From contig CAVUFA010000003.1 of the NCBI GenBank assembly GCA_963740565.1, forward strand, positions 48,137 to 112,136: DNA of 64,000 nt, given 5' to 3'. This DNA is from an uncultured Gemmatimonadaceae bacterium. GTDB lineage: Bacteria; Gemmatimonadota; Gemmatimonadetes; Gemmatimonadales; Gemmatimonadaceae. The notes under the pieces are model-generated. The model had not been told where the DNA came from. It saw only the letters and a list, made by a program, of their open reading frames with translations, and searched no databases. A program made the translations under genes and the position numbers. Positions within the stretch are counted from its first letter, which is position 1, and each line of letters begins with the position of its first letter. Positions 1 to 9,448 of the stretch are shown here, piece after piece.

Positions 1-263
1 AGTTCGTGAACTCGTCGGCGAGATGCCCGCCTTCCTCCCACATGCACTCGCCGCCGCAGTTGACCAGTCGTTTCATCTGGCCAATGGCGCCGACCTTCAG
101 TGCCAGGGCCGCCGACGGCGATCCCACAGCCGACTCGTCGATCAACCCCGGGTTCTGTGGCTCGAGCAGCGTGTCTTTCACGTTGCACGCGCTCGCGGCG
201 ATGGCGACGAAAGCCGCCAGGGTGCTGGCCACCCATCGAGCGCGATATGCAGATCTGGTCATG
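1..263 (-). CDS. SusD/RagB-family outer-membrane lipoprotein, N-terminal part (gene runs off the left edge)
   Basis: Not in the ORF track because it is open at the edge. Hand translation of the minus strand from the ATG at 263 gives MTRSAYRARWVASTLAAFVAIAASAC-NVKDTLLEPQNPGLIDESAV. This is a signal peptide with an A-S-A-C lipobox. It starts 21 nt after the stop of the SusC-like gene, the canonical SusC-SusD order. Confidence 0.6.
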
Positions 264-284
264 AGTATCGTCCTCGGAAGGGGG

Positions 285-3200
285 TCAGTACTTCAGGTTG
301 ACGCGGATCGTGTAGTACGTCGGCGCGCCGGCGGTCTGGAACTCGTTCTGCGCGTCCGACTGATTGAGGCCGTAGTTCGACTCGGGGTCGTAGCCGGTGA
401 AATTCGTCCAGACGCGCAGGTTGCGCGCCGCGAAGACGATGCTCGATCCGGTCTGCGCCCTGATGTAGCCCACCACCCGATCGGGCAACGTGAGTACCGC
501 GGAGATCTCGCGCCACTTCCAGAAGTTGTTCGGCATCCAGTAGCCGGCACCGGTCTTGTACGTCGTGCCGCCCAGTTTCGTGCCGTAGGTCTTGGCGACC
601 GCGCGCGCCTGCAGCGCGAGCGGAGCTCTGGAATCCTCAACCTCCTGGCACGCGAACGGTCCCGTTGAGCACTGGAAGTTGTTGGCGCCGTCCTGCGTGC
701 CCCCGCCGCCCTTGTGATCAAAGGTGGCGTTGATGCGGAGGCGGTGATTGAGCACCTCGACACCGGTCTGAACGGAGACGAGGTCGCGCGGCGTACGATA
801 GCCGAAGTACTTGAACGCCGAGTCGACCTGAACCTCGTCGACCTGCAGGATGCCGTCGCCGTTGTCGTCGCTATAGGTGTAAGGGCGATAGAACATCGAG
901 TTGATCGGCAGGCCGGGAATCTGGCGCACCTCGCCACCCTGACTGCCGCTGCGGAGAATGCGCGGCTCACCGGTGTTCGGATCGATGCCAAGGTCGACGA
1001 CCTTGCTGCTGTTGTGCGACGCGTTGATGGTCACGTCCCAGCTCAGGGGCTTGATATCGAGGAGCTGGGCGTTGAGGGTCGCTTCCTCCCCCCAGTTACG
1101 CGTGGAGCCGATGTTCTGGAGCGGGCTGAGCTGCGACGATGCAGACGACGGCGCGAGACTGACCGAGACCAGGGCATCCTTGGTCTGTTTCCGATAGTAG
1201 GTGAAGTCGAGGCGCAGGCGGTTGCCGAGCAGCTGGGACTCGAAGCCGGCTTCGAGTTCGGTGGACTTCTCCGGTTTGAGGTTGGCGTTCCCCGGCTGAT
1301 TCGCCGTGAGGCCCGGGGTATCGGTACCGGAGGTGGTACCGCGTGCCGGGATGCTCACGCTGCCGGGATTGAACGTCACCAGGGCCGCGGTGGCACCCGG
1401 CTGCACACCGCTCGCTCCATAGGCGCTGCGCAGTCGGAAGCTGTTTACCCACGACAGGCGCGGGAAGAACGATTCATCCGACACGAGCCACGAGACGCTG
1501 GCCTTCGGATAGTACACCTTCTGGAAATTCGTCCCGAAGGCGCTGTTCTGGTCGGTGCGGATCGCGGCGGTCAGGAAGAGGCGATCGCGGAGTGACACCT
1601 GCTCCTGTACGTACAGACCGAGCGTCTTCACCGCCGTCGGCTGCTGCTGCGATGCCGACCGGGTGGAGGCCGCACTGACCGTCGACGCGCCCGGCGGGAG
1701 GATGGTCCCGTTCGAATTCACGAAGTCGTCTTCGACGTTCGTGTAGTCACCCCCGATCGAGGTCTGGAGGTTGGCCCACGGTCTCACGTTCCACGAGGAG
1801 TTGCTCGAGAAGCGGGCACTGAGATTCAGGTAGTTGTGTTTGTTGTCGGTTACACGCCCGAGTCGCGCGGTGGCGTTCTGCGGAGGGCACTCCTCCAGGC
1901 GACAGATCTGATAGTATCCGGCATTGGCCAGGTCCATGCCGATGGTCGCGTCGTTCTGCATCCACGAGAACGGCCGCCAGTTGCCGTTGGTGCTCATGGT
2001 GGTCCGCTGGACGGTCGACTCATTGATGTTCTGCATGATGTCGCCAGGCGCCCACTGGAAGGCGTCGTTGAGCGGGGTGCCGTTCACCTGGTTGGTGATC
2101 TTGTCGAGTCCGGGGCCCTTGAACCCGTAGTTCTGCATCCCGACGTAGAGCAACGAGATGATCAGATCACTCTCGGGCGGGATCCGGTTGTAGAGGTTCG
2201 TGAAGCCGGAGCTGACGCTCAGGTCGATTTTCGGGCTCAGCGTGGCCGAGAGGTTGCCGCGGAACGACTTCCGGTTCATCGCGAGGGGGTTCTTCCACTG
2301 ATCCAGCACCTTGACGTGCAGCGAGTCGAAGCGCTGGATCTCGTAGCCGGGCATCTGCATCGGCCCGATCTCGTTTTCGAGGTCGCCGCTGGCGAAGAAG
2401 CGCACGACGTCGTTACCGCCCTGCACGTTCACGCCGTACAGGCTCCGGTTGCCGTCGTGCAGAAACGTCCGGCTCGGATCACGCAGGTAGTTGTAGCTCG
2501 TCAGGCTGTCGGAAATGCAGGTGGTGGGTCCCATGGTCGCGAGCCGGCAGCGGATGATCTTGCTCGGATCGGTGGGAGAGTGGCCCCAGTTGGCGTACAT
2601 CGTGGGATAGGGGACCTCGTCCTTGACCCGTCCGCCTTCGGCCGTCCAGTTCCAGTGGGTCTGCCCTGATCTTCCCTTCTTGGTCGTGATGAGGACGACG
2701 CCATTGGCGGCGTTGGTGCCGTAGAGCGTCGCGGCCGACGGGCCTTTGACGATTTCGACATCCTCGATCTCATCGGGATTCAGGGTGTTGAGCAGGGAGA
2801 ACCGGGTGTCGGTGCCGGATGTCAGGTCATTCGCGGAAAAGCGCACGCCGTCCACGTAGTAGATGGGGGCGTTGTTCAGGCTGATCGACGACGTCCCGCG
2901 GATGCGGACGGTCGGTGCGCCTCCCAGGGTGGTGTTGGGGAGGACCACCACGCCGGGCGACTTGGCCAGGAGCAGGTCGGAGACCGAGCGCACCTGTGAC
3001 TGCTCCACGACCTTGGAGACGTTGCCGAGGGTGGAGACGGCGTTGCCGAGCTCGATGCGCCGCTGCTGGCCGGTGGCCGTGGTCACGACCTCCTGGAGCT
3101 GCACGATCGAGATCTCGAGCACGAAATCGGCCTTGGTGGTAGAGCCGTTGTTGACGGTGACCGACTTCTTGAGGGGCCGGAAGCCGACGTGGAGCGCCTG

Positions 3201-3452
3201 CACGTCGAACGTGCCGGCGCGGACGTTCTTGATGGTGTAACTGCCGTCGGGTCCCGTCACCGCCGACGAGTTGGACCCCAGGACCAGAATGGTGGCGTCG
3301 GCGAGCGGCTGATCGTTGGCCTGGGCGGTGACCTTGCCGGTGAGCGTGCCCTGCGCCGCGAGGGAATGGAGGGGCGGTCCGAGAAGGGCGAGCACCGCGC
3401 CCGTGACCGCCAGACGTCTGCAATGAAACAGGGTCATAATCGGAGTCCTCAT
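285..3452 (-). CDS. SusC/RagA-family TonB-linked outer-membrane receptor with N-terminal carboxypeptidase-regulatory-like domain
   Basis: ORF 285..3557. Signal peptide MRTPIMTLFHCRRLAVTGAVLALL...AAQG from the ATG at 3452. CarboxypepD_reg-like stretch TLTGKVT...GSYTIKNVRAGTFDVQALHVGF. Plug motifs (IVKGPSAATLYGTNAANGVVLITTKKG). C-terminal aromatic end (VNLKY). Confidence 0.9.
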   Translation of the reverse strand: MRTPIMTLFHCRRLAVTGAVLALLGPPLHSLAAQGTLTGKVTAQANDQPLADATILVLGSNSSAVTGPDGSYTIKNVRAGTFDVQALHVGFRPLKKSVTVNNGSTTKADFVLEISIVQLQEVVTTATGQQRRIELGNAVSTLGNVSKVVEQSQVRSVSDLLLAKSPGVVVLPNTTLGGAPTVRIRGTSSISLNNAPIYYVDGVRFSANDLTSGTDTRFSLLNTLNPDEIEDVEIVKGPSAATLYGTNAANGVVLITTKKGRSGQTHWNWTAEGGRVKDEVPYPTMYANWGHSPTDPSKIIRCRLATMGPTTCISDSLTSYNYLRDPSRTFLHDGNRSLYGVNVQGGNDVVRFFASGDLENEIGPMQMPGYEIQRFDSLHVKVLDQWKNPLAMNRKSFRGNLSATLSPKIDLSVSSGFTNLYNRIPPESDLIISLLYVGMQNYGFKGPGLDKITNQVNGTPLNDAFQWAPGDIMQNINESTVQRTTMSTNGNWRPFSWMQNDATIGMDLANAGYYQICRLEECPPQNATARLGRVTDNKHNYLNLSARFSSNSSWNVRPWANLQTSIGGDYTNVEDDFVNSNGTILPPGASTVSAASTRSASQQQPTAVKTLGLYVQEQVSLRDRLFLTAAIRTDQNSAFGTNFQKVYYPKASVSWLVSDESFFPRLSWVNSFRLRSAYGASGVQPGATAALVTFNPGSVSIPARGTTSGTDTPGLTANQPGNANLKPEKSTELEAGFESQLLGNRLRLDFTYYRKQTKDALVSVSLAPSSASSQLSPLQNIGSTRNWGEEATLNAQLLDIKPLSWDVTINASHNSSKVVDLGIDPNTGEPRILRSGSQGGEVRQIPGLPINSMFYRPYTYSDDNGDGILQVDEVQVDSAFKYFGYRTPRDLVSVQTGVEVLNHRLRINATFDHKGGGGTQDGANNFQCSTGPFACQEVEDSRAPLALQARAVAKTYGTKLGGTTYKTGAGYWMPNNFWKWREISAVLTLPDRVVGYIRAQTGSSIVFAARNLRVWTNFTGYDPESNYGLNQSDAQNEFQTAGAPTYYTIRVNLKY

Positions 3453-3864
3453 GCTGATGAGTGCGAACGACCTGCTCACTCGTCCGCCGGTCACGAGCGG
3501 GCGCGCACCGCAGGTCGCGGCAGGCGCATCATTCGTTAGGCGGCTGACGAAAACCACTCAGGCGTACCGGCAAACGTGGTGCCGATGCGCCGGGCATTCT
3601 GGTGACTCCGACCTGTATTGACATCGACGATCGCTCGACACCAGCGCGGGTGCGCCGCTGGAGACGACAGTCGGTGCGAAAAAATTCGCGGCCCGACGAC
3701 CGGGTCGTGATATATTACTGTACGACTCCTGGTATGTCGTGTCAATGCAGATGGGACGAAGGCAGCTCGACCCCGGGGACGGAATGAGAAAGATCCTGAA
3801 AGGCGTTCCACGTCGCCTCGCGGACCAACCCAGCGCGACCCGGCCAGGACGACGGGGTGGCCCG

Positions 3865-4551
3865 ATGCGGTCGCTCACCGCGCGCTCCGCCAGCGAAATC
3901 GCGTACGTGCAACTCCGCCAGTCGATCATCGCCTGCGAACGACCGCCCGGCGAGCGTCTGACGGAGAGCGAGGTCGCCAACCAGCTGCGGGCCGGAAAGA
4001 CGCCCGTACGCGAGGCCCTGCGCCGCCTGGTGCACGAGGGACTGGTGGTGGTGCGTCCCAGGCAGGGATATGCCGTCGCGCCGATCAGCCTCCGGGACGT
4101 GGAAGATCTCTGCGGATTGCGGCTGCTCGTCGAACCGGCCGCCGTCACCCTGGCCACAGGCCGGCTGGATCGGGCGCGCACCAATGCCCTGGACGAGCTG
4201 TGTCACGTTGGGTACGACGTGACGAAGCCGGAGTCGGTGCGCGCATTCCTGCACGCGAATCGCCTCTTCCACACCACCATCGCGGACGCCTGCGGCAACC
4301 GGAAGCTCGCCGCGCTGGTCGACCAGTTGCTGGTGGAGAGTCAGCGCATCATCCAGTTCGGCATGCTCCTGCACCCACAGAGTCAGGAAGCGGTTCACAG
4401 CCACGAGGCATTGCTCGCGGCACTCCGCCGCAAGCGAGCGGCCGAGGCGAAGCGACTGGTCGAGGAGGAGATTCACGCCACCGAGCGCATGGTCGTGGAG
4501 AGCATCCTTCGCAGCTCCACGCTTCGCACGGTCGCCGTCGGCGCGCTATAG
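3865..4551 (+). CDS. GntR-family (FadR/FCD-type) transcriptional regulator
   Basis: ORF 3739..4551, likely start MRSLTARS at 3865. wHTH segment ERLTESEVANQLRAGKTPVREALRRLVHEGLVVVRPRQGY followed by an alpha-helical FCD-like C-terminus. Confidence 0.85.
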   Translation: MRSLTARSASEIAYVQLRQSIIACERPPGERLTESEVANQLRAGKTPVREALRRLVHEGLVVVRPRQGYAVAPISLRDVEDLCGLRLLVEPAAVTLATGRLDRARTNALDELCHVGYDVTKPESVRAFLHANRLFHTTIADACGNRKLAALVDQLLVESQRIIQFGMLLHPQSQEAVHSHEALLAALRRKRAAEAKRLVEEEIHATERMVVESILRSSTLRTVAVGAL

Positions 4552-4580
4552 CCGGCACGCCGGCATACCCGGGATCACCG

Positions 4581-5381
4581 ATGCCTCGCTGGACGCGACA
4601 CCTCATCCCCGCGGGGTTGCTGCTCGCCTCGGTCGTACGCGCGATTCCGGCGCAGCCGACCCCGACTGCGGCGCTCGTGGGGACCGTGACCGATGACTCG
4701 ACGGGGATGGGACTCGCGGACGCGGAAGTGTCCATTCCGGTGCTGCAGCGCCGGGTCGTGACCGCGGCGGATGGGAGCTTTCGCCTCACGGGGCTGCCTG
4801 GGGGCGCTCTGGCGATCGAAGTGCGGCGCATCGGCTTCCTCCCCAAACGGGACACCGTGACGCTGGCTGCGGACGAGACGGCCCGACGCGACTACGCCCT
4901 GACGCGACAGGTCCAGGTGCTGGACACGGTGCACACCGCGACGACCCACACGTACATCTCGCCGGCCCTGCGCGCGTTCGAGGAGCGCCGGGCCCGCGGA
5001 TTCGGACACTTCATCTCCGAGGAGACGCTGCGCAAGAACGACGACAAGATGCTGAACAGCGTGATCCTCTCCCAGATCGCGGGGGTGTATCTGGTGCGGG
5101 TGAGTGGAGCGATCTATCTGGCGTCCGGCCGGAAGCAGGCTCCAGGACCGGTGTTCCTGAACGCCGACCGGATGATCACGTGTTGGGTGACCGTCTACAT
5201 CGATGGGGCACGGATCTGGGATTATTCGCAGCCTCTCGCCACTCGACCCGACTTCAGCCGTCTGAGCGTCCGCGACTTTGCCGGCGTGGAGTATCACGCC
5301 GGCGGCGCGACGCTGCCGGCGGGCTACAGTCCAGTGAATTCCGATTGCGGGGTCCTGCTGCTCTGGACCCGTGAACGATGA
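4581..5381 (+). CDS. Carboxypeptidase-regulatory-like domain protein (secreted, plug-like C-terminus)
   Basis: Inner ATG at 4581 of ORF 4200..5381. Signal peptide MPRWTRHLIPAGLLLASVVRAIPAQ. CarboxypepD_reg motif LVGTVTDDSTGMGLADAEVSI...ADGSFRLTGLPGGALAIEVRRIGF. Confidence 0.7.
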   Translation: MPRWTRHLIPAGLLLASVVRAIPAQPTPTAALVGTVTDDSTGMGLADAEVSIPVLQRRVVTAADGSFRLTGLPGGALAIEVRRIGFLPKRDTVTLAADETARRDYALTRQVQVLDTVHTATTHTYISPALRAFEERRARGFGHFISEETLRKNDDKMLNSVILSQIAGVYLVRVSGAIYLASGRKQAPGPVFLNADRMITCWVTVYIDGARIWDYSQPLATRPDFSRLSVRDFAGVEYHAGGATLPAGYSPVNSDCGVLLLWTRER

Positions 5382-5540
5382 CGTCGTGGGACGATGCAGG
5401 ACTGGTGGGACCGGGCGAGCGCACGCATCTTCGCCAGCGTGGGCGAGGCCGTGCGTCGCTCTCGACAAGTTTTAGTTAGGCAGCCAAACCGTTCGCTTCC
5501 TTTCCGGTACGTTCGCGCGAATACCACGCAGGAGATTTCG

Positions 5541-8282
5541 ATGCCGCGCCTTGCTCCCCGGGGCCACCAGGCCCTTCGATCCTTCGCCACGCTCGCCCTC
5601 GCGGTCGCGGTCGCCCAGCCAGGCGACGCGCAGACACCAGCGCAGCGACCCGCCATCCCCACGCCCGAGTCGGTGTTCGGATTCCCGGTCGGCGCCGACT
5701 ACAAGCTGTTCGGCTACGACCAGTCGATCGCGTACTTCCGGAAGCTGGCTGCGGCGAGCAACCGCATCCGCCTGATGGAGGTGGGCAGGACGTCGTTCGG
5801 TCACGCGTGGACGGTGGCGCTCATCTCGTCGCCGGCGAACCTCGCGAATATCGACCATTTCCGGCAGATCAACATGCAGCTGGCGCATCCGGAGGGGCTG
5901 ACGGACGCCGAAGCGCACCGTCTGGCGCGGGAGGGTCGGGCGATCGTCGACATCAGCGGTGGACTGCACGCGTCCGAGATCGCGGGTTCGCAGCATACCC
6001 CGCAACTCGCCTACGAACTGCTGTCGCACGCCGACGACCCGGAGATGCAGGCGATCTTCAATAACGTGATTCTCTTCCTGTGGCCGTCGATCAATCCGGA
6101 CGGCCAGGATATCGTGGTGAACTGGTGCCGGGCGCGCGATGAGGGAAAGAACCCGGGACCGATGGAGCTCTATCAGAAATACGTGGGGCACGACAACAAC
6201 CGCGACAGCTACATGCTGAACCAGATCGAGTCGCGGGTGATCGCGCATACGTGGCGCGCGTGGGAGCCGGACATCATCTACGTGCACCACCAATCCTCGC
6301 CGTTCCCCACCCGTATCTGGATTCCGCCGTTCGCGGATCCGGTCGGCCTGCGAGTGCCGCCGATCATGGCGCGCGAGGTCAACGCCATCGGCACGCGGAT
6401 CGCGGAGGAGCTCGACGCGCAGGGAAAGCCCGGGGCGGTGCATATGCTGGCGACGTACGACGCCTGGTATCCCGGCTACATCGACTACATGCCGATGTAC
6501 CAGAACATCCCGTCGTGGTGGACCGAGACGCAGGGCGGCAACTGCGCCACGCCGCGCACGACCACGGTGGACAGCCTGCCGAAGGCCTATCGCGATCTGC
6601 GCCCCGAGCCGTTGTACGTGAGTCCGTGGGCGGAAGGGAAGTGGGGACTTCGGGACGCGGTCGACTATATGGTCACCGCGTCGATTGCCACACTGCGGTA
6701 TGCCTCGAAGTTCAAGGAGGAGGTGTTGTACAACCGGTATCAGGCGGGCACGCGCACCATTCAGCAGTTCCGGACGTCGGCGCCGTACGCCTACATCATT
6801 CCCCAGGCGCAATGGGACCCGGTAGCACCGGTGGAACTGCTGCGCCGCATGGCCTTTCTTGGTGTCCGGATACAACAGCTGAGTCGTGACGCGTCGTACA
6901 ACGGCACCTCGTATCCGCGCGGCACCTGGGTCATTCCGATGGACCAGGAGTTCGCGCAGCTCGTGCGCGAGCTGTTCGAGCCGCAGCAGTACCCGGATCT
7001 GGGCGAGGACCTGCCGTACGATGCGGCCGGCTGGACGCTCCCCTATCAATTGAATGTGCAGGTCGTGGAGGGGACCGTGCCGCTGCCGTCGGCCTTCCGG
7101 TCCGCGCTCGCGCCGGTCACCGGGAAGGCAGCCGCGTGGGGAGCGGCGCCGGACTATCCATTCACGACGAACGCCGAGGCGGCGGGAATCGTGCCTCCAC
7201 CGGGCGTGCTGACCGGTTCTGGAAGCGTTCTGTCACTCGACCCGGCGCAGACCAACACGTTCCGTCTCATCAACCGCGCCCTCGCCGACGGCGGATCGGT
7301 GCGTTACGAGCCGGCAACAGGCGGGAGGGCGGCGCGGTATCTCGTCTCGGGGGTCGACGCGACGAAACTCGGCGCGTGGGCGAGCGAACTGTGGGTGCAC
7401 GGTGAGCGCCTGTCGTCGGCTGGCGGATCGTCGATTCCGGTCGCCACGCGGATCGCCCTGTACAAGGCTTCGCCGGGGAACATGGACGAGGGCTGGAGCG
7501 AGTGGCTGCTCGACACGCACGGCTACAAGTATTCGCTCATCGGGCCGGACGAACTGAAGGAGGGCAATCTGGGCTCGCGCTTCGATGCGATCGTCTTCGG
7601 TTCGCAGGGACTGTCGGCTGGGGGACGGGGCTTCGGCCGCGGCGGGGGTGGCGGAGGCCGTGGAGGGCGTGGTGGAGGCGGCGGCGCGGCGTTGAGTCAG
7701 GCGGCGCAGGACAGTGCGCGGATGCGCGCGATGGACGACAGTGCGCGGGTACGCGCGGTCGACGAATTCGTGCGGGGCGGCGGGACCGTCGTCTTCTGGA
7801 ATCAGGGGACCTCGTCGGCCATCGGCACATTCCAGTTGCCGGTGCGGAACGTCGTCGCCGGTGTCTCGCGGCAGGAGTACTTCACGGGCGGTTCGATCAT
7901 GCGCGTGACGACCGATCCGACCCATCCGGTGATGGCGGGGATGCCGGCGCAGGCCGATGTCTTCGTGAGCGGCAGTCCGGTGTTCACCACGCTCGACGGA
8001 TTCGACGGCGCGGTGCTCGCGAAGTACGCGAGCGATGTCTCGCCGCTCCGTTCCGGTTTTCTGAAGGGCGAGAAGTACATGGAGGGATATGCCGCGGCCA
8101 TCGACGCACGTCATGGGGACGGTCATGTCGTGCTGTTCGCGTTCCAGCCGGAGTGGCGGGGCCAACCGCAGGGGACGTTCCGGGCGGTATTCAACGCAGC
8201 GTTCTTCTCGCGCGATCTCGGTGCGCAGGCCCGAGGGGCGGCGGGATTCTGGACGCCGCCGACCGGTACTCCGGGGCGGTGA
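5541..8282 (+). CDS. M14-family zinc metallopeptidase (carboxypeptidase-like), large secreted form
   Basis: GGAGA RBS then ATG at 5541. Signal peptide ...ALAVAVAQPGDAQ. M14-like segments (GGLHASEIAGSQHTPQLAYELL, YVGHDNNRDSYMLNQ, IYVHHQSSPFPTRIWIPPF). Contains a Gly/Arg-rich insert at about 7612-7690. Confidence 0.85.
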   Translation: MPRLAPRGHQALRSFATLALAVAVAQPGDAQTPAQRPAIPTPESVFGFPVGADYKLFGYDQSIAYFRKLAAASNRIRLMEVGRTSFGHAWTVALISSPANLANIDHFRQINMQLAHPEGLTDAEAHRLAREGRAIVDISGGLHASEIAGSQHTPQLAYELLSHADDPEMQAIFNNVILFLWPSINPDGQDIVVNWCRARDEGKNPGPMELYQKYVGHDNNRDSYMLNQIESRVIAHTWRAWEPDIIYVHHQSSPFPTRIWIPPFADPVGLRVPPIMAREVNAIGTRIAEELDAQGKPGAVHMLATYDAWYPGYIDYMPMYQNIPSWWTETQGGNCATPRTTTVDSLPKAYRDLRPEPLYVSPWAEGKWGLRDAVDYMVTASIATLRYASKFKEEVLYNRYQAGTRTIQQFRTSAPYAYIIPQAQWDPVAPVELLRRMAFLGVRIQQLSRDASYNGTSYPRGTWVIPMDQEFAQLVRELFEPQQYPDLGEDLPYDAAGWTLPYQLNVQVVEGTVPLPSAFRSALAPVTGKAAAWGAAPDYPFTTNAEAAGIVPPPGVLTGSGSVLSLDPAQTNTFRLINRALADGGSVRYEPATGGRAARYLVSGVDATKLGAWASELWVHGERLSSAGGSSIPVATRIALYKASPGNMDEGWSEWLLDTHGYKYSLIGPDELKEGNLGSRFDAIVFGSQGLSAGGRGFGRGGGGGGRGGRGGGGGAALSQAAQDSARMRAMDDSARVRAVDEFVRGGGTVVFWNQGTSSAIGTFQLPVRNVVAGVSRQEYFTGGSIMRVTTDPTHPVMAGMPAQADVFVSGSPVFTTLDGFDGAVLAKYASDVSPLRSGFLKGEKYMEGYAAAIDARHGDGHVVLFAFQPEWRGQPQGTFRAVFNAAFFSRDLGAQARGAAGFWTPPTGTPGR

Positions 8283-8400
8283 AGGAACTGCGGTTCGCAC
8301 CGCAGAGGCCGCGGAGGTCGCAGAGAACCATATCGGCACGTTGCGGTCGCCGGCCTGACCTCCGCGCCTGACGCACCATCCGCGGCAGTGCGCGACCCGC

Positions 8401-9448
8401 TCACGCGGCCGCCCGATCGCTTCCGCCCACGAGCGGCATGACCTCCGCCGCGAACCGGTCCATCTCCTCGGCCTGTGGACTGCACTGCAGCAGCAGCAGA
8501 TCCACGCCGACCGCCGAGAATTCGCGCACGCGTTCCGCCACCTGCGCCGGCGTGCCGACCAGGCCGGCGCGCAACCCACGGTTGGAAACCGAATAGTCCT
8601 CCAGGCTGAGTCGCTGCTCGAGCTTCGTATTGGCGACCCAGTCCTGGTAGTTGCCGATACCCCGGCGAACCCGGCGCGACATTGGTGATCCGCTCGACTT
8701 CGGCGCGCGCACGCCGTTCGTCGGCACGGACCACGGCGTACGCCGCCACACCGAACTGCATCGGGGGAAGATGGAGCGCATCACGCCGGCGGCGGAGGTC
8801 GTCGATCCGCGTCGCAATGCGCTCCGGTGGGTCGCCGTGCATCACGTACGCGTCGCAGGTGCGGGCGATCAGGTCCTTGGCGGCATCCGATTCGCCGCCG
8901 GCATAGATCGTGGGGCGCGGCGTGCGGACGGGTTTGGGTTGCGCCACCGTCTCCTCCACGCGATAGAACCGCCCGTCGAAGCTGAAGGTCGGCTCTCGCC
9001 ACACGCCGTCGACCACCGCGAGCCATTCGGCGGTGCGGGCGTAGCGCTCGTCGTGCTCGTCGAAACGCACGCCGTAGCGCCTGGCTTCGTCCTTCCACCA
9101 CGACGACACCACGTTCAGCGCGAGCCGGCCATTCGAGATCCGATCGACGTTGGCGGCCTGCTTGGCGAGAATGGCGGGGTTGTGAAACGTGGGCCGTACC
9201 GCGACCATCAGCTCGAGACGGTCCGTCACCGCCGCCAGCGCCGCCGCGGTCGACCAGGCGTCGAGCGACGGCGCCTCGATGCCCTTGATGTCGTTCAGAA
9301 ACAGTTCGGCGATGAGCGTCAGGTCATAGCCGCTGCGTTCGCTGCGCTGCGCGAGGCGCCGCACATAGTCCCAGGTGGGCTCCATGCCTTCGTCCCGGAC
9401 GTTGCGCAGCCAGCCGCCGAAAACGGGAAGCCAGTATCCATATCTCAT
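8401..9448 (-). pseudogene. LLM-class (luciferase-like) flavin-dependent oxidoreductase, interrupted by one frameshift
   Basis: The N-terminal 260 aa (MRYGYWLPVFGGWLRNV...ERITNV) lie in ORF 8123..9538. The conserved C-terminus (GIGNYQDWVANTKLEQRLSLEDYSV...LLLLQCSPQAEEMDRFAAEV) lies in ORF 8401..8817. The span is 1048 nt, not a multiple of 3. The frames meet at the C-run at 8660-8663. Confidence 0.8.

Noticed and set aside
3600-3760. TTGACA hexamers in inverted orientation (about 3618 and about 3740) and a TATATT box (about 3711) in the SusC/GntR divergent region, as promoters or a GntR operator.
   Set aside because: The spacing to plausible -10 elements and to the start codons did not give a consistent promoter model, and the inverted repeat is imperfect. 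It is left unannotated.
5472-7049. Long antisense and overlapping ORFs throughout the window, for example 5472..7049(-), 19757..21190(-), 23606..25567(-), 10890..11939(+), 17242..18037(-) and 35824..37026(-).
   Set aside because: They lie opposite or out of frame to genes with clear family signatures. Their translations are Arg/Pro/Ala/Gly-rich with no recognisable motifs. Stop-poor alternative frames are expected in DNA this GC-rich.
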